Part shown: positions 52,621 to 64,000 of the stretch, piece by piece
How positions within the stretch are numbered: position 1 is the first letter of the stretch
How the letters are laid out: each line of letters starts with the position of its first letter
Assembly (NCBI GenBank): GCA_965285935.1
Contig: OZ260662.1
Coordinates: 29,140,001 to 29,204,000 of the forward strand
Direction: 5' to 3'
DNA from: Ophelia neglecta
Taxonomy: Eukaryota
Length of the DNA stretch: 64,000 nt
Notes under the pieces: model-generated
What the model saw: only the letters and a program-made list of their open reading frames with translations
The model's database searches: none
Told to the model about the DNA's origin: nothing
Translations under genes and position numbers: made by a program

Positions 52621-55600
52621 ATTGTAAGCGAAATGTCATTTGTAGCTCTGTATTGATAGAAGCCTGGTAGGCTTCAGTGGGGTTTGCACCCTGATCTGTG
52701 CTATAAAATAACCATGTTGTCAGACTCAACTCTGACCCATTTCTAGTCAGACGGGCCTGACTGGCTCCATGACAACAACATAACTCACTACATGATACAG
52801 CCAAACACCATATGGCATGGTTGGTTGAAATCCAGCTATCCCAATCTCTACATTCATTAAAGTTACATACTTATTGAGCATGTTGAGTACATTAGTCATG
52901 TGATTGATTGAGTGTTTAAATATTCATAACTGGTCTCTAGGTAGAATTCACTCCTTAGATACATAGATTAATACATCTGAGGTTTAGTATATATATGTCA
53001 GCCTGAGAGTATTGATAGATTGCAGCTTTGTTTCTCCCTGTTGAGACTGGAAAACTGCTGTTATCTTTGGACTCGGATCTTCATGAGCCAAGCAGTGTGC
53101 GCTTGGGAACACCATCTCCGACCTAATGTAAAAATTATTCACTATTCTCCATGGTGCTGAAGTCCTCTGCAAATTTTTGGTGCTGGCAAATTGGAGAAAT
53201 GAGGTGCTGGAGTCAACAATCAATAATGACTACAATGATTGTCACTGTGGGATCAGTGTCTTTGTGCTTTGCTGGTCATTACTAGGCAGTCTATACTTGT
53301 CTTCTGGGACTACCAGTGACAGATAAATATAGATTGAAACTGATCTTGACCTGATTTTGACCTGCAGTTTAGTAACTGACCACTGACAGGTTGAAGAGGA
53401 CTAAGACAATGAAGAATCTTTTCTGGTCCCTGCCTTTTGAATAGAATTTTGCAAAACCCCATAAGTCATAAAATGTGTGTTGAAAGGATGTTGGCTCTCT
53501 TGTTGACCAGCAGAAGACAGGCCTGTTTGTTACTGATGGCTTGATCTTTGATGATTGCCATCGGTTGTTTTCTGTCCTAGTTAATGATCATAAGCTGCCA
53601 TCACCATGTACCGTAGATGCTATAAACAGCAGTGTTTTGATGTGTACAGGGGAGGGGCATCCGGGAAGTCATGTTTCTTTAATACCTCTTGGCTAGCATT
53701 GCTATCTCCAGCTATCTAGAGGTCCAGCAAATCATCCCAGCCCAGCCCCGTATCCTGTGTGTGCTGATGGGTATTCAGGACCTGAAGAAAAACATGAACA
53801 ATGATGGAAAAATCAATGGCTGGTGCTGCAAGAGAGGAATGGCCTTTTCTTGTGTCCTACAGGACGGGTGTCATTCAGTAGTCGTGTTTCTCTCTCCGCT
53901 CAGGAGGCTTATAACCTGGAGCAAACAGGCGGACAGCTGAGCTCTGCTCCGGAAAAAAAAACTCACTGAAAAGAGCACAACCCAATGGCATGCCCAAAAG
54001 GGCCACAGAAACAAGTGCAATTCAATGGCATTTCCAGAGAAAATGCAAAAGTTGAATATTTGCCAGGACTAAATGTGGCAAATTCGCTATTTTTTATTAG
54101 CACAAATGAATTCCAACAAAATGCATGCCCTAATATTCATAAGCCACACACTAGGGCAGAATTAATCTCATATGATATTGTTTAAAAAATATTAATTTGC
54201 AATCATGTCATGCCACAAACATTTTTGCTATTACAGTATTCTAATCGTTATGGTAGGTCTTTCCATTCCTGAAAATCATATGTTTATATTGAATCTTATG
54301 ATAAAAAGATGGCATGAGCAGCAGTGAGTAGTATGTACCTTTTTTGTCATAGCCACCTATAGGGATCAATGGGGTCAACGTTCAATGTTAGGTTTGAGGC
54401 TTACTCTCAAGACAATACTAGTAGTACATCAAATTAAATTGGCAGCTGGAAAATGGAATCTAACAAAGCTGATGTTAACACATGACTCACATGATGTTAC
54501 CAGCTTATCGCTGCATGTGCTTCTAGTAGTTTTGTAGAGTTAGCCAGGTGCAACATCTCATGATGTTCCACATCATGCTGACATGGCTCCTATGTTCTGA
54601 TTGGAATTCTGAGGTAAAATAGTTGTCTCAGGCAGGGAACTTGGCCAGCTATGAACAGGGTGATATAAACCTAGTTCTCAGTTTGCTATAGGGGACAGTC
54701 TGCCATATAAATCTGCCCAGGCAATACCTTTCTCTATTGGGGGCTGGGGGTTCAAATAAATATAGGACAGTGGTCAGTTATGAGAACTATGTGATATCTG
54801 CTGGTGGTGTCTTTTTGTCATCAAAGTAGCCATAGGAGATGATGTGGTGAGGGGGCTGCCATGCCTCTTCAGACCAGGCACATAGCAATGGCCTCTGTCA
54901 GATGATAATAGGCAACAGCCTCTTGGCCAGTTGAAAATTAACACCACTTGCTCACAAACAGTGTTGCTTTCTGCTCAAATTGAAATAATTGGTTTTAGGG
55001 TTACCTGAACCCAAAACTCCTGGCTTGGCAGAGCAACCTTTCATCTGTAAACATCTAGGGCTCCTCTCATTTCAACACATCATCCTTTACCTTGTAATGC
55101 TCCACACTTATCTTTTCCATCATTCCTCCCCTCTACCCCCTCCCCCTCCCCCCAACAACACCCACACACATACACACACACTCTCTCTCGCCAATCTAAG
55201 GTTGTTTACTAAAAACAGCAAAGCTATATTAGTGTGAATGGATCTGTCAATCTGCTGGTTTGGAGGTTTTGAGCACATTAGCAAAGACGTTACACACATA
55301 CTACATGTTTTTACTTTGTAATACCTGCTTGTCTATCTGTTAAGTTCTTAGGTAAGTCAAATACAAGGTAATACACAGCCATTGTGTTCATTTATTGTAG
55401 AATATCTAATTATCATTTCAATTTTGTTTGTTCTGAAGCCTGTATCATATCATATTTTTTGGCTGTGAAGATGACATTTTGTGTAACCCTAAAAATAATC
55501 CTTACATTGGTATAAACAGAAGTGGCATTCTCTGAACCTGTTTTTTTTCTTATGTTGTTATATATATATTGTTGCTCCTTAGGGTAAACCTGCCTAGCTG

Positions 55601-58600
55601 ATCCTTCTGTGTTCTGCTCCAATATGTCTATTTTTCTATCATATACATGTGTGTTTATCAGTGTGTTATATTAAAATGTATTAGGTAAAAAGAAAAACAG
55701 AAATAAAGATAGTAAACAAAGAAAAGAAAAATGTCATACCAAACTATTCTCAGGAGATGATTTGCATAAGGAGCCGAATCATGCCCACTCACTCCCTAAC
55801 TTACAGGCATCCCTCTTCCCTCCTATAATATTTCTTCTGATGATGTTGTTAGTGTGAAAGGACTGGGGTGCCCTCCCACTGTAGTCAAGCTGGTTGTATG
55901 TGTTTGAAGCAAGGGGCCTACTAGCTTGGGGATTACATATTCATGTTCATCATGTACAAGAGGCGTAGCCATGCTCAGGCAGTGCCAGGGACCCAGTGTG
56001 GATCACACCCCCCACATAGCAGACAGTGTCAGGGACCCTGTGTGTGCAGGTCTCACCCCCAGCCAGGGAATCCATCAAGCTTGGCTGCAGTATGCTAACT
56101 CCAGGCCAGAAGTATGCCATTATCACAAAGGTACACCTGTGGGATAATGACATAAACTTAAACACTAACTAAAACTCTTACTTACCGAAAGTTTTTTTAC
56201 TGATTAATCTTGTTAAATGAAAGCATTTTCCACAAAGCTGATAATTTTAGCTTTTATGCTAAAATGGCATGATTAATTAGATTTCTTATGATTAGGCAAA
56301 TAAGCAGGAAAATGCTTTTGTTTTTAGAAGGTGTTTTTTAATGAAATATAGTTGCATGAAAATCATGTTATGCTGTCCGTTGGCAGTGCAAGTTAATGAG
56401 AAGAGAAAGCCGCAGGTTTCAAAGCTCCCCTGAATAATAGATGAGACGGTTTATAATATACACGCCTGTCTTGTCACATAAACCATACTTAAATCAGGCA
56501 CGGCTGCCTGCATTATACCACAACAATACCATTTTTTGTTTTGTTTCCTTATGGGTCATGCAACTATGCTCCTTATCACTTCCCAAATCTGCTCTGGCAG
56601 ACCACATCATATTTACAATGAAAAAAAAGGGAAAATTAAGGCCCTTCAAAATTCACTTATCGGTTCATCTGATGTAATAATTATGACCATAATGGATGGG
56701 CTTTTACTGCTATAAAGCTTTCTTCTGTCCCCTTAAATCTAAGAAGCTTTTTGTGTAACACCAAGTCGCTCTTGTCAAGAGTTTCAATGCTATTGTATTG
56801 TATTGGTTCTAAAACTGTAATAACTGGAATCCTCCCTATTACACCATCAATATGTTTTTGAGAACACATGCTAAGTTTAGGGGCAGGTCATTAACTAAAT
56901 AACATACATTATCAGTGATAGGAATGCTATTATCATTGTTTTTGTTGTTTACAAAGCTTTCATTATGTTACTTATGCTCCTTGGTTTTGTACAGTTTTGT
57001 ATTATACAGCCACACTGTACACATATAGTCTCTGTCTCTCTATTGTTTGCAGTCTTTACATATTATGAAAGAGAGTTTTTAATATTTCCTATTTCTTAAG
57101 TGAAAGTGTCTGCTACATCAGTCTAGGCATATGGAAATTTACTTAAATGAAAGTTTGTAAAAAAATTAAAAATAAACAAATAATGTTACATCACTTCAGT
57201 TTACCTGTTAGATGAAAGCTACACAAAAATGCACTGTTATGTGCCATATCAAATTACATTTTTCCAGCTTTTCCAGATTTTTCTCTGTTTTTTTTTGTCT
57301 GGATATGCTGTTGTAGACAGTAAACTTTCTCCATTGACTGTAGTACAGATCATCTCTGTCTGAATTGACTGGAGGCTGTCCCTGGCCCAGTAATGTTTAG
57401 GATGAGGGGCTGGGTGTCAGCTAAAGTGTGAGGTGTTGGTGTTTCAGTGACATGTGGTGACTTCTGGAAGGGCAGTTTACACTGTGGCAGATGACGATGT
57501 CTCAACTCGCAGCCTCCCAACTCATATCTCTGCCACTTCATAACACTGCTCTCAGTGAAACTGTGGGGTGCAGCAGGCTTTGAAGAGGCATGTGGCCTTT
57601 GTCAAAAATGGATTTGGTGACAGTCTTCCAGTGGTCAAGATAAGAGCCTGTTGACAGCAAAAACTGGGTCTTTAATCCTTCGTGGTCACCTTTCACAGGG
57701 ATCAAGTTTATACTAAGTGCTTCACTAAAGATATCTAAAGACAGAGCACAGGTGCCCCACACGTGATGTACAGTTTAATATGATAAGATACTATTAAAAC
57801 TGACACAAACAAGTAACTTGGCTTGAAAATTGACAGCAGATATTAAAGAATTCAGCTTAATATAATCTTGTTAATAATAACTGGTGGGAGGAGTCTCATC
57901 ATGAGTGTCAAATTAAACTCAAGATTGTAAACACAGCTCAGTTAATGATAATATTTATCAGTCTGCTAAAATGTGGGCTTTGAAAAGGAAGAATCAGGAA
58001 TGTTGGCATGATCTACTGAAGCATTGGTTGTTAATTAGATTTGTCATAGTAATGAATGGTATGGTTGAAGGATATTGTCACTAGAGGATAATTAATCTGG
58101 GCCACACAGGGTTCAGTCGGGCGTCTCAGTAGGCTAAACCATTCAACACTGACAGGTCTGGTCAGTGAGCAGCCTCACTTTCATTTATGTTAGAAGCTCA
58201 AGTAATGCAAGGGTGAAACAGGTGGTACTGGCTTTTTGGTGGACACAGAGTGTGCAAGAAATTTAAGGGGATACATGGTGGGCATGGAAGAAGTTAATGT
58301 ACTTATAGTATAGGTGGCAAATATTTGTGTTAGACCAGCCATTTGTGACAAACTTGGTATCTAGTATAAATGTAAAATGTATTCCAGGCACCTATGTTAC
58401 AGAGAGGTAGCTTGTTTGAACTGCTCCACCCATAACTATATTTTTAAAAACTAAGTTTCACATGTTAATAAATCAGATTTATCACAGGGACTTGTGTCAA
58501 CATATCTGCATATGGTCCTATATAGATCTTAGTATACTTGTAAATTCATACATAAGCTTTGACACAAGGCTCTGTGAGAATATAGGTACAATCTAAATAT

Positions 58601-59080
58601 CCCATTGCCCAATCAATAAGAAGAACACTTTGACTGATCATTTAGACACACTCAGGGTTCTTTATCAAACAGTGTTATGGTTACAAAAGAGATATACAAT
58701 GTGTTTTCGCATGCATCATTTCTTGTACTTATTTCTTCTGTATTCAAGCCCAACCATCACTTTATATACATGTACATTTAAAATCTGTTCGGCTATGCAA
58801 TATACAAAATACTTCACTATTTAAGGGAATAAAGTCAAGAGATGTTATGCAAGGTCCAACTGCCAGGGAATAGCATATATCTATATATCATACATTTGTG
58901 TTGCTGCTGAAATGATAAATAACTTTTGGAATATAAGTTTACAGTCTCTTTTACCCTCCAAAATCAGCCCATTTTCCTACATTTATCAATGATGTGTCCT
59001 CATAAAAAAGTCTAATACAGTAATTACATTATTAATAAATTCTATATACATTGCTCAATGTGCATTAGGCCTACAGGACA

Positions 59081-59880
59081 TTATACCATTTCATATTCCA
59101 GGTCATCTAACAGTATTGCCTCATTAAGAATATTTAAGAGACTTTCACTCTCATCCTCATTATTTAAGTGATCATATACTTGTATATCAGACACAATCGA
59201 TACAGTATCACTTCCACATGCCTCAGAATCTGAGCAATGTTCAGGTGTTGGTTGTTTTACTAAGCATCTAGCACAATTCCCATTATCATTGTGGGGATTT
59301 GCACACCTTGCTTTACACAAACACCTGTTGGTACATGGTCTGCACATTTTGAAACATGCTAAGACACCATTGGGTATCCATGTGTAAACATAAATTTACT
59401 TGAGTTGAAAGGAACCTTATGACAGATGAAGGGAATTTCAGGAGCCTCCGTATAACCATACAAACTGCAAATGATCCATATACATTTCCCAGTGAGGCTT
59501 GATTATAATATAATCCTGAAAATCGCTTGTTCAAAAAGTCAGACTTCCCATAGCCCTCTCCATCCCATAAACCTTGAAATACCACTGGGGTATGCCTGTC
59601 TAGCTCATTGGCAGAAAGCAAAGACACTCCTAAATATATTGATCCAAAAAGAACAATCCATGATGTTGCCAAAATTTGACTTCTTGTGAGTCTTGCCTTC
59701 AATATAAATCTACAAAGCCGAAAAATTACCCATACAGTACAAGTGAACACCGAAACAATCAACATGTTGATTCCAAACAATGTATTCTTATATGATTTGC
59801 AATATATGCCAGGGCAAGTATGAAAACGAATCCTATCATGCCTAAAGTGAGCAGATATTAATTTGACTTCCTTCACTGAT
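59081..59880 (-). mobile_element. Decayed transposon gene 3' end with a Cys-rich CXC-like tail (Academ-like)
   Basis: ACFKMCRPCTNRCLCKARCANPHNDNGNCARC is followed by an acidic tail and a stop. An upstream frameshifted segment (VSVFTC...SA...GKTHKK) resembles the XPG/H3TH-like GCD..S.F.GK motif. The family assignment is inferred. Confidence 0.5.
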
Positions 59881-62480
59881 ATATGCCTTGCTCAATCAAG
59901 ATTTCAACCTCCCTACTAATAACCACAGGAGCATCATTTCATATTTTTACAGGAGTGTGTTATTTCAGGACACAGCCCCCTAGAGTTTGATTTCCTGGAT
60001 TAAATGTATCATGTGGGGCCAGTGTTTTGTCCAAAGATGAGGGGAGAGGTCAGGATGTTTTTCTTGTCAGCCCTGTTACCCTGCATGATTAGACATGATT
60101 AAAACTAATGTACTGTACATGTAATCATGGTGATAGAACCCAGGTCATCTGGTGCTGGTGTGATGAAACATGTGGAGTGAGGCTTCACTCAGTCAACATA
60201 TTGCTTGATGGCCAATCAGATCACTTCAAATGGTCACGTGGTTACCATTAATAGATGTAAACAAACAAATCCATGTGCTCACATAGTGACTTGTAAACAA
60301 TCACTATAATTCATTTGGGGTGGCCATCATAGGCTTGTTTCATATAATGAGGCATTCAAATTTGTTCTGAGGTATCAAAGCATCCAATACATCTAGTATG
60401 AATGCCTAGTTGTACTTGTTTTGGAACATTTGGACATCAAAGCAGTTGTAAACACATGAATCCTGTGGGGGGTAGAGGATTTGTGGTCAATTCAGGTCCA
60501 TCAAAGTGATAAACACATGGGTTCTAATGATTTTATCAAAGGTCTCTTGCATCTAAGAAACTGTAGGGGGATTGACCATCATGTAAAACTCATCCAAAGT
60601 TGTTGACAGGGGGAGTTTACCACTATGATTTTACACCCCAATCTGCACATAATACTGCACTTTTTATTGTCCATGTCTTCTTTCCCTTGAGGGGTCATAG
60701 AATTCTAAAAAAATGCTTGGCACTTTGTTCATAACTTAAGCTATGAAAAATTATCATTTACTAGATCTTAGTATGTATGGGCCAAAAGTGTCAAAATTAT
60801 TTTGGTAGTCACCCCCCTTTGGGACTGAAAGGCACACCCCATGTTAAACAAAGCTTCAGCTGGGAATAGGTTAACAGGGACCACTTCCAGTTGATTTTAA
60901 TCAAGGGATGTTATAAAATATCTGGTTTCTGATAGTTGCTCTAAGTGATAGCTTCAGTATCTTAAACCATATTTATCAAAGAGAGCGTGCCTTCAAGACT
61001 TTGACATCCGCCATTTTGTTCAGACATTTTGGATTGAAAGCTGTGTGCTTTCTGGGGTCCTGCATTCGAGGAAATATGATGATTCCTGTGGACAGAATGT
61101 CACTGAATCCATACAACTTAGTGTAAAGCCTGTGAAACACGTGGCCACATTTGTCAAAAATTATTTGTGACCAATCAACTGATTATTATGGAGGATATTA
61201 TAAACATGTCAGTAATAGAGGGCTTTGTTTTTAATACAAATGCTTACGTTGGACAAACATTCATAAAGGATATACATTTATTATTATCTAATGGACCTAA
61301 TTCCAAGGTGAGATTTTATTAAACTATATAAAACTACTTTTTTTATACAAAGATAGTGTACACCCTACAGCTCAATGATTGACTTATTTTGGCCATTTTG
61401 CTCAGCATGCTCAAGGCTACTTTTGAATGCTGATTGGTTGGTTCCCAAATCAGAACGAGGTTGGCTAAGGGCCAATGGCTGTTGAGGTGGGGATAGAAGT
61501 CTGACTGGTTGGGTGCAGCAGTATACTCAGTTGTTTAACTTTGTGTTAAATGTATCTGCCATCCAGTTTATGTTTTTGCTGACTACCAGTCAAGCTAGCA
61601 TTCCTGCTGAGGTTTCATGTCAATTCCATGTTAATGAAACCAACTCATAGCAGTGTATATTTCTCAGGGAGACCCCAATCCCATAACAGAAACTATCAGA
61701 TGTCCTGCTGCCCTCTGTCAGGCCAGGATATGGGGTGTAACAGGAACTGGTGCTCTAGTGTTCAGGGCCGTTCTCAGCCCTTTACACACGAGGAGAGGGA
61801 GACACTTAAAACATACACATATATCTCGTTATTGAAAGGAAGCAGGTTCAGGGCTATGGCGGTGTCAGTCCTGTTTTTTGCAATATTTTCTGCATCTTTT
61901 GACATATCCTGTCAGATGGCAATATCTGGAGATTGTACTTGTAGTGGTCTTGCTTTTGTTGTCACATAACAATTAAGTTTCACTGCTCTTATCTGTATTG
62001 TGTTACTCCCAGAGTGGAAAAACTAGAGCTGCACCTTAGCTGTTTGACAGGCTCAGTTCTAACCGAGTTTGATGGGAGGGGAGAGGTCAGTAAAGGTGTA
62101 GCTGGTTTCCCTGGCCCCCTTTATGCCAGGAATCTTCACATGGCAAGTCAGCCACTTAAATGCCAAGAGAGATGACATGTGATAGCAGGGGAAGTTGTTT
62201 GATCCTAGACAACCAAGACATACTTCAACAGACACCTCTTGTTGGTGTCCAACATGAAAGTAGGCCTGAAGTCTGTGTGTCTGTCTGCCTCTAACCCCCT
62301 GTCTGCAACCTAGCACACCTCTCCCCTGCTCAGGGTCCTATCAGCTGATCAGACTTGTCCTCTAGTACAATGCTCTATTTTGTAGGATTATTCAATTAAT
62401 ACAATTAATAGATTAATATGTTATGTTCCATTGTATCTTCCTGAGGGATTAAAGGTTTGGGAGCATTGCAGTCTTAGCTA

Positions 62481-62553
62481 GACCAGAGGCCCATAGCCCA
62501 TGGTCCTCTGACCAGAGGCCCATAGCCCATGGTCATCTGGTCAGAGGCCCATG
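62481..62553. repeat. 29-bp tandem repeat, about 2.5 copies (GACCAGAGGCCCATAGCCCATGGTCCTCT)
   Basis: Copies start at 62481 and 62510, with a partial copy at 62539. Confidence 0.92.
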
Positions 62554-64000
62554 GGTCCTGAGCCTCTGACTAGGCTGATGTTAGGATTCCTGACAGACCT
62601 TTACATGTGGTCCAGATTCAGGGGGGTCAGCTATGTTTTGGCCACCGCTGTGGTCCAGTGGGAGCATCTAGGTACTGGATTACCCAGTCATCAGTTGCTG
62701 TCCATCCATCATTTAGATACCAGCCACCCCTCCAGTGTTAATTAATTGTGGAGACATGTTAGCAGAAAGCTGGCAGAGGACTTCTCCCTGTTGGTGGTAA
62801 TGAAAACTAGGAAGAAAGCAATTAGAATACCTGATGAAGTCTATGTAGCAGCACTCTTATATTATTAGTACTCCCAGCTTTTCGGATTCAGTGGTGAAAA
62901 TCCAAACATTCTGTCCAGCTGTTAGTATTTTCTGGGTGTATGGTGCCAGGAATTGCCTGTAACTTCTTCCGATTCTTGTCTGTATATCAGCAGTTAGCAA
63001 TCAGGAGAAAGCCCACATCTCTGGCTCACATCCTTCCTTCTCTTCTTTTGTGTTTGACCACCTGGAGCTTCAGCTGTGAAAATCTCCTACAGAAACAATA
63101 CTGATAGAAAAAAAGGCAACTGTTGAAAGATATCCATTACTGCTGTTTCTGGGAGGGGGGGGGGTTCTTTTTATTTTTTATTTGATTAAACCTGAATTCT
63201 TAGGTCTATTTGCATGATGAAGTATATATAAAATGTATCAATGCAGACTGTGGTAAAATCACCAGATTAAAACATATACATAATAGATACCAGTACACAC
63301 AATAGTTACTAAACTTCTCCAGTTACAGGTGGTTTTATTTTATTTCAATTCCTACACTGCCTGGCCCTAAATATATATATATGATTAAAGAGAAAGGCTA
63401 TCATGTTCGAGACTGAATCAAGTCAAGCTGGAACCATTCAGTGTAGTAGCACATTGTACAAGGGGTGGAGTAGTCATACAAATCTTATGAGCATCAGACC
63501 GAGGAGATAGTTTTGCTCAGCAGCAGACTTTTCTGTGCCTCTGTCCTGCATCTTCACCCCTGCCATTGATCAGCCCTGTGAGATTCTTTGACAGTGCCAA
63601 GGTTAATTAACTTATCTAGCCTCCTGGTAATGATGATTGACAAGCTGATAGGTTTATTAATGTTCATGGGCAGGTGATAGCTATAAACTTAGGATCATTC
63701 CTATATCATCTATTCTTGGAGCACTTCTCTGATACTAATGCCCATCTCACTTTGTTTTGCTGCCTCCTTAGGTTGGCCTACTCCGCCTGGGTTTGGTAGA
63801 CTAACTGTATCATAAAGGAGGAATCAAAGCCTCACTGTATAGCATAGCAGTAATGAAGCATGAAATTCAATTAGCTGCATATATCCAGTCCACTAGACTT
63901 GATGCCTAGGATGTTGATAAATATTGAATTATCATTCAGCTTATATTAAGAAACAGGAGCTGAAAGGGCCTGGCAATTGGTAGTCTTAGGGCAATGGTTA

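Larger units (their letters stand above)
42830..64000 (+). other. Eph intron 2 (>21 kb, continues past the window)
   Basis: Donor at 42830. No acceptor followed by the expected W-x-E..(Y/V)xVCxV..NWL exon 3 was found before 64000. Confidence 0.75.

Noticed and set aside
1-64000. Remaining 60-130 aa ORFs; tRNA, rRNA and snRNA genes
   Set aside because: The ORFs show no recognisable domains, coding bias or exon boundaries and are of chance length for intronic DNA. No structured RNA gene was recognisable by eye; tRNAscan-SE or Infernal would be needed to exclude them formally.

Overview
This is AT-rich, CpG-depleted animal genomic DNA, most likely from a marine invertebrate; the taxon cannot be fixed from sequence alone. 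It is not prokaryotic, and nearly all ORFs in the supplied track are chance ORFs or transposon debris. Two spliced + strand genes are supported. (1) The terminal coding exon of a ZMAT3/Wig-1-like matrin-type zinc-finger gene (10015-10280) follows >10 kb of intron with decayed TE fragments. Its probable ~3.6 kb 3' UTR ends near AATAAA 13916 and contains two adjacent minisatellites. (2) The first two coding exons of an Eph receptor tyrosine kinase (20160-20250, signal peptide; 42738-42829, start of the ligand-binding domain) are separated by a 22.5 kb intron, and intron 2 runs off the window (>21 kb). A CpG-retaining zone (~17.4-20.9 kb) marks the Eph promoter. Recognisable TE remnants are a spliced SWIM/YqaJ (ISL2EU/PHIS-type) gene, an Academ-like C-terminus, a LINE endonuclease and a Gypsy pol. 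The best leads are a near-perfect recursive-splicing (ratchet) site with a stop-containing cryptic exon in Eph intron 2, a minisatellite whose expanded variants are all synonymous in a hidden (Tyr-Ser-Asp-Gly)n frame, a 44-bp hairpin array downstream of the RNA-binding ZMAT3 CDS, and p53-type elements. Protein comparisons are from recalled family motifs, not database searches. I found no evidence of a wholly new multi-gene system.
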